Virus record (IMG/VR): IMGVR_UViG_3300009104_000006
Coordinates: 1 to 64,000 of that record
Origin: a virus
Length of the DNA stretch: 64,000 nucleotides
Direction: 5' to 3' (one strand)
In this document: piece after piece, positions 44,416 to 56,400 of the stretch
Position numbering within the stretch: position 1 is the first letter of the stretch
How the letters are laid out: each line of letters starts with the position of its first letter
Position numbers and translations under genes: made by a program
The notes under the pieces: model-generated
Databases searched by the model: none
Seen by the model: the letters and a program-made list of their open reading frames with translations, nothing else
Told to the model about the DNA's origin: nothing

Positions 44416-45828
44416 ATGAAGAAGGCAAGTGAATATGAAGCAGTGAAGAAGTTCTCCGTGTTTGACGGCTACGTCAAGCACTTCGGGAACATATCAATGG
44501 ACAACGATATACCAGCGATGCTATCGTTCTTCTTTGTGCAGGGCCAATTAGCAGTGCCATACGTGCGTATACCTTGGGGGGCAACCCACTTGGACCCGCG
44601 TGTGCATTCGTTTTGGATTCAATCAAGCAGAACGGGCAAGTCAATTGCATGGGAGTTCGTAGGCGACGTATTGAAGGACGTGGGAATCCCTACGGACCTC
44701 TATACCACAGGAACTGACGCAGGATTGATAGGCGGGTTCGAGGAAACATTGGTGGATGGAAACAAGGAAGTCGAATTGAAGGAAGGCTTCTTGAACGGAC
44801 GAAAGGCGTTGAACTTCGATGAAGGTTCAATCATCCTCAATCCAAACAAGCATAGCCAAGAGACGGTTCTGTATCTGCAATCGGCGTGCAACCCTGTTGG
44901 AAGCAACAACAACATACTCGTCAAGCACACCAAACAAGGACGAATTGAAACTGAATCGCTGGTATCACTGTGGATTACCACATATCCACCTGCCGGCGTT
45001 AAGGAATATGTGCTGACGAAAGGAATCTTCCAACGAGTTCTGCTATATTGGTCTAATTGGAGCATGGATAGAAGAAAGAACGTCAGTCAAATGAGAGGGG
45101 AAAAGTGCTACAAGAGTATACCCAAAATGAAAGTCTCTTACGATGAGATAGTGGAATACTTCGTCTCATTGGAAAAGAGATTAAGAGACAAGGTGCTTGA
45201 ACTCACGGAAACCTCCTTCGTTGAATGGGATGCTATGTCGAGAGCGGAGCAAGAAACCATATTACAGGATTGTATGACTGAGATGTTCAGTGCAGATGAA
45301 GGAACATTCTATGCCGCACTTGCTGGTTCGATAGACGACTATTACGAATTGATGGATGGATTAGGGCCGGGCATCAGCGATGTAGTGGCGTCCTTCATAC
45401 CCGCTATGGAGAACTACACGGCTATCCTATCGACGCACATGGCTATGCTGGATGATAAATGGATTGTAACGGGCGACCACGTGGATATGGCAACGGAAAT
45501 TTTGTATGACCTATTCAAGAATCTCATACAGTGGCTTGAAGGCGAAGTCGAGATTGGACCGAAAGTGGCTGAAAGAGCAACACAAAGGAACAAGTGGATT
45601 GTTGCTTACCAAGCCACCGAATCTGTGGAACTTGGAAACAAGGGCGACGCATGGCGCAAAAAGAACGGAGTGATTGGTGCTTACCTATCACAGACAGGAG
45701 TTACTCGTGGCACAGGCTACGCTCACTATGCTAAATGGGCAGTGAAATTGTTTGATAATGCTAAAGATGGCACTACGGGATATGTGCGACTAAAGGAGGA
45801 GTTCAAGAATGACAGTAAGAAAGCGTAA
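44416..45828 (+). CDS. Divergent MCM-like AAA+ replicative helicase
   Basis: WIQSSRTGKS (Walker A), GTDAGLIG, LNFDEG (Walker B), GIFQR (Arg finger); short N-terminus. Confidence 0.7.
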   Translation: MKKASEYEAVKKFSVFDGYVKHFGNISMDNDIPAMLSFFFVQGQLAVPYVRIPWGATHLDPRVHSFWIQSSRTGKSIAWEFVGDVLKDVGIPTDLYTTGTDAGLIGGFEETLVDGNKEVELKEGFLNGRKALNFDEGSIILNPNKHSQETVLYLQSACNPVGSNNNILVKHTKQGRIETESLVSLWITTYPPAGVKEYVLTKGIFQRVLLYWSNWSMDRRKNVSQMRGEKCYKSIPKMKVSYDEIVEYFVSLEKRLRDKVLELTETSFVEWDAMSRAEQETILQDCMTEMFSADEGTFYAALAGSIDDYYELMDGLGPGISDVVASFIPAMENYTAILSTHMAMLDDKWIVTGDHVDMATEILYDLFKNLIQWLEGEVEIGPKVAERATQRNKWIVAYQATESVELGNKGDAWRKKNGVIGAYLSQTGVTRGTGYAHYAKWAVKLFDNAKDGTTGYVRLKEEFKNDSKKA

Positions 45829-46034
45829 GATGTGCGTCGAATGTAAAGGGCGCGGTGTAGTATGCTATCAAAATGTTGATGGAGAGTATGAACTCGAACT
45901 ATGTATGTGCGCAGCATACCCAAGGGAGATGATGCAGGAATGACGGACCCGCGAATTAAGTTATTTTGGATTCAAGCCTGTCGTAGTGGCAGATGTGGTT
46001 GTAAGATGCCATGGGCTTGTATGGAGGAAGAGAA

Positions 46035-46643
46035 ATGACGGACATAATGGCATTAGACATAGAGACAAGCAATTACTCATGGGAGATTGGTGGTTGGGAT
46101 AACAAAGCCCTCTTCGACACATCAGTCGTAGCCACATGGAATGGAACGGAAGGACACATATTCACGAAAGCAGACGTCTCTCTCGACGGGTGTGAAACAC
46201 ATGACCTTCATCCAAGGGTTCTTGGCGACCACATAAGTAACCACGTTGCGAAAGGTGGGAGGATGCTCGGCCACAACATTATCGGATTCGACTTTCCTGT
46301 CCTTAAGCAATCGCTTGACTGCTGGGCGATAGGAGATGTAATGCAGAAATCTGAGAATGTGATTGATACTAAACTACTCTTTCAGAAGGCGTCGTTATCA
46401 TACGGTAAACTTGAGTCATCTCTCCAATCACTCTCCAATCACAATTTGGGAGAAAGCAAGAGCATGAAAAGCGTCGATGCGCCCATAGGCTGGAGAGAAG
46501 GAAAATATGAGGAAGTATGCGATTACTGCCTCAAAGACGCCAAACTAACGTATGACCTATACAAGTATGGGAAAGACAATGGTGTATTGAAGTCAAGGTC
46601 ATTTGAGACCGGAGACATAGTGGAGGTTGAGATAGGATGGTAG
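46035..46643 (+). CDS. DEDD/RNase H-like 3'-5' exonuclease
   Basis: ALDIET, GHNIIGFDFPVL, YCLKDAKLT. Confidence 0.85.
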   Translation: MTDIMALDIETSNYSWEIGGWDNKALFDTSVVATWNGTEGHIFTKADVSLDGCETHDLHPRVLGDHISNHVAKGGRMLGHNIIGFDFPVLKQSLDCWAIGDVMQKSENVIDTKLLFQKASLSYGKLESSLQSLSNHNLGESKSMKSVDAPIGWREGKYEEVCDYCLKDAKLTYDLYKYGKDNGVLKSRSFETGDIVEVEIGW

Positions 46644-46915
46644 AATACAAACCAAGAGGCGAATTGCCCGAAATAGACGATACGACAGACGACGAGAACT
46701 ACAAACTCAAGCGAGCATTAGACATATTGTTCAGCATGATACAGGGTGGAAGAAATCTATACGACATAAGTAGGGTGGCATCTAAACTTGCAGAAGAAGT
46801 AGGCTATCCGTATTTGCGAAAACCGGCTACATTGAAGGAGACATATGAGATATTAGCCGAAGCGGAAAATGCCAACCCCATCAAAAAAGACTATCCATCG
46901 GAGGAAGAGGAATAA
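46637..46915 (+). CDS. Hypothetical protein
   Basis: 92-aa ORF ending EEE. Confidence 0.6.
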   Translation: MVEYKPRGELPEIDDTTDDENYKLKRALDILFSMIQGGRNLYDISRVASKLAEEVGYPYLRKPATLKETYEILAEAENANPIKKDYPSEEEE

Positions 46916-47084
46916 TGGATGATGAAGGATTCCTACTACACGAAGTTATTCCCGAAGGAGCCAATATACTATTTTTCTGTTGGGTTTGCGACACTCCATC
47001 AAATAGTGAGATTGGATTTACAGTGGGATATTGCACTCAAGAGTGCTTTGAAAAGGACTTAGAAAGATTACAGGGGGAAGAAAA

Positions 47085-48617
47085 ATGACAGAAGGAGATA
47101 GTGAAACGACACTAAGAAGCAACATAGAGGCAGTAAAGACGATTGTAAAAACGGTGAAGACTACGCTTGGACCGCTTGGGCGCGACAAATTGCTGGTTGA
47201 TGATGGTGGGAACACCATCGTAACCAACGACGGAGCAACAATTCTCCGTGAACTCGACGTAAGTCATCCCGCAGGGAAGATGATAATCGAATGTTCGCAA
47301 ACACAGGAGAGCCTGTGCTACGATGGCACTACTACGGCCGTTGTGCTTGCTGGTGAATTATTGACTAATAGTGCTGCACTTCTGAATAAAGGACTTCACC
47401 CTAATGTTGTATGTAAGGGCTACAACGATGCTGCTACTATGGCAGTGGATTACCTAATGAATGAAATTGCCTTGAAGAATAAAGAACACTCGTATGTGAG
47501 TGATAGTCCCCTTGATACAAATAGCCACACCGAATATGCAGTCGCAAAGACGGCGATAACCGGAAAAACTGTGGATGCGGCACTTGACGCAGTAGCACAT
47601 CTGTGTGTATCGGCAGTGGAAAAGGCAGGAGATGCTGACAAAGTGAGGGTGCTATGTCTTCCGGGTGGAAGCCTAAAGGACTCGTATCTTTTCAATGGGG
47701 CAATCGTCAATAAGGACTTAGTCATTGAAGACGAGATAGATGGAGATTTACACATTGTCCTTTTGAATGGAGGGCTTGAACCACAGAAGACAGAAGATAA
47801 TGTAACTGTCCAATTAGATATGCAGGGATATACGCAATTCAAATCATCCACTAATGAAGGAGTGTTGGAGCAAGCGAAGCAGATAAGCGAACACTTACCG
47901 GAAGGAGGTTTGGCCTTTGTGAGAGACGGCGCGTTGGATAGCGTGGTAAACTACCTACGAAAGAACAACGTCCACACTATCAGAAATCTCCCACAAAGCA
48001 CAATGCGTGCGCTCTCAGCGACTCTTGGCCTTTCAGTGGCTCAGACCCCTTCGGACATAGAATGCGCCGCACAGGCAAAGGTCCACAAAGAGCGACATTA
48101 TGATGTGAATTACATTTTCGTGCAAGGAGTGGTTGATTCAGACCAATCCACGCTTGTATTGCGAGGTGCAACCACCACTACACTCGATGAGATAGAGCGA
48201 GGATTTGATGATGCGCTCGGTGTAGTATCATTGGTGAAGAATGGCGACAGTGTAGTGCCGGGAGGCGGTAGCACATACGCGGCTATGGCATCCCATCTCC
48301 GTTCCGAAGCCGCTTCAGTGTCGGGAAGAGCGCAGATGGCGATAGAAGCATTTGCTGACTCGTTGGAGATAATTCCAGCCACGATAGCGGAGAATGGAGG
48401 GCAAGACCCTCTTGACTGCATCCTTGCACTCAGACACTCCATACAAGACGGCGTAACTGATATGGGGCCGGATTTAGAGCATGAGGGCATCGTTTCGATG
48501 TTAGACAATAACGTAATGGAGCCTGTGTCGTTGGTTAGACAAGCAGTTCTAAGTGCAACCGAAGTAACAACCTCAATCCTCAAGATTGACGACATGATTG
48601 CCAAGCGAGGCGAATGA
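47085..48617 (+). CDS. Group II chaperonin (thermosome subunit)
   Basis: TTLGPLGRDKLLVD, VTNDGATIL, DGTTTAVVLAGELL, VPGGG, ILKIDD. Confidence 0.95.
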   Translation: MTEGDSETTLRSNIEAVKTIVKTVKTTLGPLGRDKLLVDDGGNTIVTNDGATILRELDVSHPAGKMIIECSQTQESLCYDGTTTAVVLAGELLTNSAALLNKGLHPNVVCKGYNDAATMAVDYLMNEIALKNKEHSYVSDSPLDTNSHTEYAVAKTAITGKTVDAALDAVAHLCVSAVEKAGDADKVRVLCLPGGSLKDSYLFNGAIVNKDLVIEDEIDGDLHIVLLNGGLEPQKTEDNVTVQLDMQGYTQFKSSTNEGVLEQAKQISEHLPEGGLAFVRDGALDSVVNYLRKNNVHTIRNLPQSTMRALSATLGLSVAQTPSDIECAAQAKVHKERHYDVNYIFVQGVVDSDQSTLVLRGATTTTLDEIERGFDDALGVVSLVKNGDSVVPGGGSTYAAMASHLRSEAASVSGRAQMAIEAFADSLEIIPATIAENGGQDPLDCILALRHSIQDGVTDMGPDLEHEGIVSMLDNNVMEPVSLVRQAVLSATEVTTSILKIDDMIAKRGE

Positions 48618-48871
48618 ATGTTGATAGATTTGGTAATAGAACTTGCGTTGTTGGGAGCGTTGTCCTTTACCTTAGTTTACGGAATGTGGTATGTCGGCTT
48701 ATTCATGGATGCGTTTATGCGCTCCATATATGGTATGGAATGAGGGATTCCAATGAGTAAGTATTGCGATTGCATAAAGAAAGATTGGAAAATAACAGAT
48801 TTTCATTATGCAAGATGTTTACAATGCAAAAAATGGATTCCTACACATGAAGTAATTAGGGCGTGGCACGA

Positions 48872-49069
48872 ATGGGACGTTTGATGGAGAGACTAAAAGT
48901 CCACTGTCGCAATTGTGAATACAAACATATTCCTCGCTCTCTCGTAGCGCGTTATTCTGGCTACTCAAATGTGCGAGTTGCAGGTAGCACTCCAAAGCAA
49001 ATCCAATTATGGGAGTGTAAAGAGTGCGGCCATATTTGGCAAGATACTGCATTCGAGAAGAAAAGTTAG
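48872..49069 (+). CDS. Zn-ribbon protein
   Basis: CRNC...WECKECGHIW. Confidence 0.65.
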   Translation: MGRLMERLKVHCRNCEYKHIPRSLVARYSGYSNVRVAGSTPKQIQLWECKECGHIWQDTAFEKKS

Positions 49070-49095
49070 TATAGAGGCGGTGTATTTTTCGCACC

Positions 49096-49377
49096 GTGTT
49101 TCAGTGGTTGGCTCGCCGCCTTATCTCGTTAATGGGTAATATCTATGTCTGGCTGGATAAGAAAATCCAATATACAGACGAGGAAACAGGCACCGTTCTC
49201 GGTCTTGAGATAGACGATGACTTGCGTGTAAACTCGCGCTACGAACTATGTCAAAGAGTGGAAGAAACCTTCGGCTTAGAAAAGGAGACATTTTGGCATT
49301 TACTAAGCACACAGAAGATTCGTTTTGCCGTTCAACAGGCAAGAAACTTACAGAAAGAGGCTACCAATGGACGATAA
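49096..49377 (+). CDS. Hypothetical protein
   Basis: 93-aa ORF near the end of the plus-strand block. Confidence 0.55.
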   Translation: MFQWLARRLISLMGNIYVWLDKKIQYTDEETGTVLGLEIDDDLRVNSRYELCQRVEETFGLEKETFWHLLSTQKIRFAVQQARNLQKEATNGR

Positions 49378-49460
49378 CGATAACGATATTGGTTTAGATG
49401 TCGAGGGAGTTTGGTTGTGGCTACTTCGGAAAATAGGAACAATCCCAAATTGATGGGTAA

Positions 49461-49790
49461 TCAGCAATCCACGCCGTCAGTGAAGCCGTCTTTGGTCTTC
49501 AAGTCAAGATAAGATTGTTTGATGAGATTGTATTGATTCTTAGAGCCAGCCGCATCTAACTCAAACGAACCGTTGAAGCCACCAATCGGTGATGCCCCAT
49601 CGTTATAGGCTGACAGTGATGCGAAAATCTTACCACTGTAATTGATATCGAAAGTCGTAGTGCTAATTTCATCACCGTTCTCGTCTTCCGTAATTTCCAC
49701 TTCTTTGTTCACCCTTGCATCTCTTACAATGCAGTGCGCGCTTTCACAAGTTATTCCATAATGCGTTTCATATTCTATTCTTAGTGCCAT
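49461..49790 (-). CDS. Small tail-fibre-associated protein
   Basis: MALRIEYET...QSYLDLK.KDGFTDGVDC, last gene of the fibre module. Confidence 0.6.
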   Translation of the reverse strand: MALRIEYETHYGITCESAHCIVRDARVNKEVEITEDENGDEISTTTFDINYSGKIFASLSAYNDGASPIGGFNGSFELDAAGSKNQYNLIKQSYLDLKTKDGFTDGVDC

Positions 49791-49801
49791 TTTACTACTT
49801 C

Positions 49802-50356
49802 CTATTCCCAATTCCAACCATTCATTTGCTCTATGTAATCACCATACCTGTCCTGCATTCTGGCTATATAGTCAATGAGGCTTTCATCGTGAGTTACCCA
49901 AGTATCAAACCAACCAATATCCCAAGATGTGCCTTCTGGTGGATTCCATGTGTTAATATCTGCGTGAATGAGTTTGAAGCGCCCGTCCTTAGCACAGTGT
50001 TCCCAAACTAAATCTATCACATCTTGATTCTTTTCAACGATAGTGATACTCTTTGCATCCGAAGCCAATAGAGGGATATTGAGCATACCCACTCCTAAAC
50101 CAGCGACTAATACATCTCCAGCCATCTTATCCATCATCCATGCGTGTTCGCCATATTCTCTTTCAGTGTCTTGCATGATATTCAGATAGGATAGACCAAA
50201 TTTCTCGAATAGAACAGTATATGTTCCTTCAGGTATGTTAGCATTTTGAACATAATTTAGCCAAGAGTCATGACCGGAAGATTCAGTGCAAGACTTGATA
50301 GAAAACTTACCTACTTCCCCATCGGGTATTCCAGATACTTCCCATCTACTCATCAT
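49802..50356 (-). CDS. Class I SAM-dependent methyltransferase (spermidine-synthase-like)
   Basis: GDVLVAGLGVG, VEKN.DVIDLV, IHADI, WDIGWFDTW; GAGGTG SD before 50356. Confidence 0.8.
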   Translation of the reverse strand: MMSRWEVSGIPDGEVGKFSIKSCTESSGHDSWLNYVQNANIPEGTYTVLFEKFGLSYLNIMQDTEREYGEHAWMMDKMAGDVLVAGLGVGMLNIPLLASDAKSITIVEKNQDVIDLVWEHCAKDGRFKLIHADINTWNPPEGTSWDIGWFDTWVTHDESLIDYIARMQDRYGDYIEQMNGWNWE

Positions 50357-50364
50357 TTGACACC

Positions 50365-50985
50365 TCATACGAACGTAATTTTTATCTGGATATCTGGGTC
50401 TGCCAAGGTCGAGCCGCAAGCGTTAATGGCATTGGCTCTCATATCCCATTGAACGTAATCCTCTTCGTCCAACGCCAGATAACCCCTTCCACCAGAAACA
50501 TGGGCGATTTGAGCATATTCGCCGGTCCCAGACGAAGTAGCATCTTGGCTTGTTGATGCACTACCGCCTATTGATGCTGAAGAAACTGCATTTGTATTGC
50601 TATCATCGTAAGTAAGGCTTTTCATTACCCATGACCATGAGGTTGCTTCTCTCGTTAGAGTGTTGGCATCTCGTATGTAGCCCTTACAACCGAATCTTAG
50701 GACTCCACTGTTATTGTTGAGCATAGCGTTGTAGTTTGAGTCCACAACAAACTCAATCTCGGCAGTAGACATTCCACTATTCATTGAAAATCCATTCCCA
50801 TTATTACTACTCAACGCATCTTCACCACTACTACCCAGATTTATGGAGTATACTATGAGTGCATCGTCATAGTTACCAGACGAAGATGTAGCCATTGAGA
50901 CAGTTTCTGGGGCTTGTAAACAGCCGCCGCCAGCACTTTGATTTCCTTGTTGGGCTACAACCCCAACTGCGCCTATGAAACTCAT
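50365..50985 (-). CDS. Putative fibre-tip/receptor-binding protein
   Basis: MSFIGAVGVVAQQG start overlaps the fibre gene stop; Ser/Gly/Asn-rich. Confidence 0.55.
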   Translation of the reverse strand: MSFIGAVGVVAQQGNQSAGGGCLQAPETVSMATSSSGNYDDALIVYSINLGSSGEDALSSNNGNGFSMNSGMSTAEIEFVVDSNYNAMLNNNSGVLRFGCKGYIRDANTLTREATSWSWVMKSLTYDDSNTNAVSSASIGGSASTSQDATSSGTGEYAQIAHVSGGRGYLALDEEDYVQWDMRANAINACGSTLADPDIQIKITFV

Positions 50986-53378
50986 GCTCCAACCTGCACC
51001 CATTGACTTTCGCTACTACTGATATTAACACAGACATAGGCCGTAGCATCATTATCTGCTATTGCCGCATTAGAAGCCCATGAACCAGCCATAGCATCGC
51101 CCGAACCTAATGATACGGTAACACTACCACCTGTGTTATTGAAAATGGTATATTGTGTTCCTACTGCCGCATCTGCCGGTAAAGTCAATGTTCCCGCCGT
51201 CCAATACACATACGAGCCGCTTTGTGCCTGTGTGAGCGTTGTATTTCCTGTGACTGCTACCACATCAGCCAATTGATTGAGTGACACATTACCATTTGAG
51301 TCACCTGTAATCCACACAGGGGAACCATCGCCCGAAGAAATTGAGAGTTGGTCTGAACCTGTTGCGCTTGCTGCATCTGCTCCACCAATCATTACGTTAT
51401 TTGAGCCTGTTGTGATGTTATCTGCGGCCTGATAACCAATTCCTATGTTCTTTGAACCGGAAGAAATACCTTTGAGAGAATCAGCGCCAAATGCCGTGTT
51501 ATAATTTCCTGTTTGATAATTGGTTGTTCCGGCTAATGCAAACTCTCCAACTGCGGTATTGTAGCCTGTCCCTGCTCGTGCATACAACATAGCATACTTT
51601 CCAACTGCCGTGTTATGGCTACTTGTGGTTTCATTATGTGCAACACCTTTACCGATGAATGTATTACTTGCTCCTGTTGTTAGATTATATGCGGTTTGAT
51701 GTCCTACCGCAGTATTGTAATCTCCCCCGCTTGCTTGACTGAAAAGAGTATTAGTTCCTATTGCAACAGAATAATGCCCTCCGGCAGTTTGCATCGCACT
51801 TCTTCCTATTACTGTATTTTCTTGGCTGTTAGTGACGCTATTACCGCTTAATGCGAGATGTCCTATTGCTACGGTGCTTGCTGAGGTAGTTTGTAATAAA
51901 CCTGCACTTCTCCCGATAAAATTGTTATAATTAGCCGATGTTAATGCACTACCCGCTTCATGTCCAATTGTTATATTCTCATCACCGGAAGTAATTGCAT
52001 CTCCGGCATAGTTCCCAATAGCGATATTCTTCTCGCCACCATTCGGATTATAGAGGGCTTCAAAACCGATTGCGATATTATCTGCTTCTGTTGTTGCACT
52101 ATCTAATGCTTGAACGCCAATGGCTATGTTTCTTGTTCCACTTGTATTTCCGTAAAGGGTGCGATAACCAAGAGCAGTATTGGAATTACCGGTTGTTGCT
52201 TTCAAAGCAGATGCTCCCACACCTGTGTTCTGAGTTGCTGAATTGGCTGTGCTTAACACATTTGAACCAATAGCGGTGTTATTAGCACCATTACCAATAC
52301 CACCACCAGCAAAATAACCCACTGCTGTATTATCATTAACTGTTGTAATTTCCTTTAATGCACCATATCCAATTGCGACATTGTAATGGCCGCTTGTTAA
52401 GTCTTCTAATGCTACACCGCCAATACCCACATTCATCAATGAGGAGGCTATTGCGCTGAATACACTTGCGCCAATACCAATGTTATGATTTGCGCTTGCT
52501 AATGTTCCTGTTGTCGGTGCTGAACCACCGCTATCTGTCTGAATAAGAAGTGAAGATGCAAAGTTAGTTCCTGATTGCTTAACATCGGTTAAGTCGCCCA
52601 ACACAGAAGCACCGCCACCACCTGCGGCTTCTAATCCAATAGTCCCTGCTGAATGGTCGTAAGTCATTACATAGTTATCTTGACCCGAACCTACGCTTTG
52701 GTCTGCATCAAGAGTGAAATTACCTAATGCAAGATTTCCTGTTCCCGATGGGGTTATGAACATATCAAAATTAGAATTACCTGTATCTTTCATCTTTGCC
52801 CCAATCTTTCCAGCGACATATCCACCATAGTTTATCTCTCCTAATCTAAACTCTAATTGTGTTCCAAAACCTGCTGCTCTTGTGCCTGATGTTATCGCAG
52901 TCGTCATGTGTGCTGCGGTCTGAATTGCATTAGTTGCAGTTGTTGGTGATGTAAAGGTAGCAGCAGTTGAACTGTTACTATTACCTTTAACCTGAAATGC
53001 GAAGGAATTAACAGAAGAAGCATAATTCACTAATACTGACCCTGTGCCGTTTGGGTTAATGTGTATATCCGCATTTGACGTGGTGACGATATCATTACCG
53101 TTCATGTCTAAATCACCACCCAACTGTGGTGTGTCATCTGCGGCTAAACTTGCTATACCACCACCACCTGCTGAACTCCATACAGCCTTACTTCCATCCC
53201 AAGTCAGAACATCATCTGACGAAGGGCTGTCCTGACCTATCTTGGTGATGTGCCCTGAGCCATCGAAGGTGAGAGCAGCGGTCCCGCCAGCCTCCTTTAG
53301 CGAGCCACCATCATCAAGCGTGATGTCGTCTGTAACGATTAGCCCGTTTTTTACTTTGAAGTCCTTTTTCGTTCCCAA
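50982..53378 (-). CDS. Tail fibre/adhesin with NxAxGxxAL beta-roll repeats
   Basis: Many ~14-aa NTAVG/NIAIG repeats; KDFKVKNGL N-terminus; TTG start with GGTGA SD. Confidence 0.8.
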   Translation of the reverse strand: MGTKKDFKVKNGLIVTDDITLDDGGSLKEAGGTAALTFDGSGHITKIGQDSPSSDDVLTWDGSKAVWSSAGGGGIASLAADDTPQLGGDLDMNGNDIVTTSNADIHINPNGTGSVLVNYASSVNSFAFQVKGNSNSSTAATFTSPTTATNAIQTAAHMTTAITSGTRAAGFGTQLEFRLGEINYGGYVAGKIGAKMKDTGNSNFDMFITPSGTGNLALGNFTLDADQSVGSGQDNYVMTYDHSAGTIGLEAAGGGGASVLGDLTDVKQSGTNFASSLLIQTDSGGSAPTTGTLASANHNIGIGASVFSAIASSLMNVGIGGVALEDLTSGHYNVAIGYGALKEITTVNDNTAVGYFAGGGIGNGANNTAIGSNVLSTANSATQNTGVGASALKATTGNSNTALGYRTLYGNTSGTRNIAIGVQALDSATTEADNIAIGFEALYNPNGGEKNIAIGNYAGDAITSGDENITIGHEAGSALTSANYNNFIGRSAGLLQTTSASTVAIGHLALSGNSVTNSQENTVIGRSAMQTAGGHYSVAIGTNTLFSQASGGDYNTAVGHQTAYNLTTGASNTFIGKGVAHNETTSSHNTAVGKYAMLYARAGTGYNTAVGEFALAGTTNYQTGNYNTAFGADSLKGISSGSKNIGIGYQAADNITTGSNNVMIGGADAASATGSDQLSISSGDGSPVWITGDSNGNVSLNQLADVVAVTGNTTLTQAQSGSYVYWTAGTLTLPADAAVGTQYTIFNNTGGSVTVSLGSGDAMAGSWASNAAIADNDATAYVCVNISSSESQWVQVGA

Positions 53379-53403
53379 GTTATCACCATAATTTCACTAT
53401 CCA

Positions 53404-56400
53404 TCAGGTTATGAGTTGTGTTGTGCAGAGACTGTATGTATGAGCCCCGTTTGCAGTAGGAGTAAATCTCACTTCGATATTACTGCCACTAACTGTAGCA
53501 TCCCAAGTTCCAACTACTGCAGAACCTGTGCTGATTTCCGCGTAGTGAGTTAGGAAGGCATTTGTGCCGTTGTATGTAATGAGTATCTCACCCGCATCTG
53601 TATCTACACTATCGTCCTTCTTAATATGATACAAGACTTTAGCCGCTCGGTATGTTGCCTTAGCGATGTTCATGAGAGATGTTGCGCCAGAAATTGATGC
53701 TCCACTACCTCTTGCTGTATCTATGATGGCTACTGCATCGGCGCTGAGTGTGGCGCCTTGCACTTGTCCATCGGAAGTTAGATTTCTAATTGTGGCTACA
53801 TCTCTGCTGGCGTCTACAGTTAGAGCCTTACTCGCTGCCACAGTCCCTACTGTAAGACCGTCTAAGACTCCTAACTCGGCGGTTGTAAGTGTAGTAGAAT
53901 CGAGAGTAAGCGAAGTATCTCCAGTAATTGTGCCCGAAACCGCCAGACTGGTTCCTGTAATTGCCCCTCCAGCAAGAGTGCCCGAAGTTGTGATATTAGA
54001 TGAGCCTGTGTTAATTGTGCCGAAGCCCGATGTGATACTACCTGAGTTGAGTGCTCCTACAGTGGTAAGACTCGATGCCGTAACTCCACTTCCAAGCGTG
54101 TTGGCGTTGAGAACTGATGTGCCACCAATCTTGTATGCAGGAGTGCTGATGGAAGTCAAGTTCATGTGATTGTTAGAAGTCCATGAGTCGGTCGAATCCA
54201 CCCAGATGAATGTCTTATCATCTCCGCTTGATTCAAGAGTAATTCCACCACCATCTATTGCCGCATCATTTCCGACACCGTTTCCAAGAGTAATGTTAGT
54301 ATCGGCTACGTCAATCGTAGTGCTGTTTACCGTGGTCGTTGTCCCGCGCACGATGAGATGACCCTTCACATCAACAGTCGATGTTGCGGCAGTTGCGCCA
54401 CCTGTGACTACAAGCACTTCGGCGAGAGCGCCACTTGTGGATGTCGCTACACTGAGACCTATCTCGCCGGTTTCTGAACCAGAAGTTGCTGCTGTCGTCT
54501 TTGTCTGTATCTTTCCAAAGGCTTGGTTGTTTTGTGCAGCATCGTCGGAGTAAAAGGTAATTGCGCCTGCTACATCACTGGCAGCACCAGCCGCCCCCTT
54601 GTCCTTTACGAAGCGCAGTTCAGAACCAGTCTGGTCATTAGTAGTATTCTTGATTTGAACCACAGGTTTAGTGCTCGTGCTACTCTCAATACTCAGTAAA
54701 GGAGTCGTAATTGTGCGTGAAGTGCTACTGGTCATACTACTGGTAGCAGCCGTCTGTGCAGCATTCACGCTCATCTCGCCACTGGAAGCAGAAAGACCTG
54801 TGCCAGCGAATAGCGTAGCAATCCTGTCCACTGTTGTCTTTCGGTTGGTTCCGCCTGCGCCATCATCGACTATGAATAAATCACCACTCGCAAGTCCTGC
54901 ACCGATGTCGGTCATTCCGTCAATGTCCAAAGAGAAAGTTAGGTCGTATGGGTCTCCGTCAGAGCCTGTTGATGTATCAGTCCAATTGATTTCTAATCCA
55001 TCTCCATCAATGAACTTCACTTCTTTGTCTTCATCAATTGTGACTTCTGTGCCGTCCCCATCCTCTAAGACAAATCCGCTACCCATTCCGTCTGCGCCTG
55101 AAGACGATTGGGCCCAAACTGCATTTCCTCCGCTTAATTTGAGAACATACCCATTTGTATGAGTGCTTCGTCCTATCCTTGTAACATTTCCAGACGCATC
55201 GAAAGTGAAAGACTCATCTCCGCCCGCTTCTTTGAGACTACCACCATCATCAAGAATAATATCTCCTTTGAACTTAGCCGTGCCGCCAGTGTCCAGAGTC
55301 ATTACGTAATTTTGAACGTTAAGAGGGTTATCGACGCTACTTGCGACGTTATCATAATCTTTAGCAATATATCCGATATGGAATATATTGGCTTGAGTTT
55401 CGCCACTTCCACCTGCTCTGTTGGCTTGCCTTCCCACACCCCAAGAGTTTCCTGTGCCGCTTCGACCTTGAGTGTATACCGTCCCTTGACCAACGTGGAT
55501 ATTTTCTGCTTGGTCTAAGACTAAGGCATTACCCATTCCGTTGTATGTGACGCCTGCAACATCATCATTAGCAATATCTGTATGAATACGGGCTTCCGCA
55601 TAATTCATAGTGGTGTCATTGGAGGAACCAGATAAAGCAGGCCCATTGACTTGAAACATTGAGTTAGTTTCTCTCGCAGTCCCATTCACTTTAGCCCAAG
55701 ATGTTGTTGTAAGATTAGTAAACTTCCCTGTGGAAGCAACATTTGCGCCAATAGTAGCACCATCCACTGTGCCCCCATTGATATCTACCGTTGTAAGGAT
55801 ACCCGCATCAGCCACAGTTCTACCTGCATTAGTCCAATTACCAGCCATTGAAGCGATAGTTGCTGCACCGCCATCAGTTAATCCGTAAGCACCAACTGTG
55901 AAGTTACCAGTATCAATATCCAAAGCAACTTGACCAGAAGTGCCAATAATTTTCAATTGCTCTTCAGAAGCATCCCATAACATATGGTCGCCAGAAGTGG
56001 CTGAATGGAATGTGACGTCTACGCCACTGCCAGCAGTGCCAGTAGTAACAGCACCGGTCGCACTGAGTGTCGTGAATGCTCCCGACCTTGGAGTAGCCGT
56101 GCCGATATCCGTATTGTCTATCGTGCCAGCGTTGATATCGACTGTAGTCAAAGTAGATGTGCCTGTTGCACTGAATGTCGTGAATGCTCCTGTAGAAGCA
56201 CCATTTGCACCGATAGGCGTGTCATCTATCGCACCACTGTCGATGTTCACATTAGTCATCGCTTCATCGGAGAAATCAACTGCGCCCGCTTGTTCGTAAG
56301 CGCCGAGTTTAGTGACTGTTAGCGTATCAGTAGCGAAAGTGAAATCGGAATCATCGGTCAATAAACCAGCAGTGGAAGCAAATGGAACTCGACCAGAAGT

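Noticed and set aside
37861-45828. Inteins or introns in PolB, primase or helicase
   Set aside because: Protein lengths and motif spacing are normal; no intein splice-junction motifs noticed
47085-48617. Viral thermosome as a novelty
   Set aside because: Group II chaperonins are already known from Marine Group II archaeal viruses; the GDGTT to YDGTT change was noted but is minor
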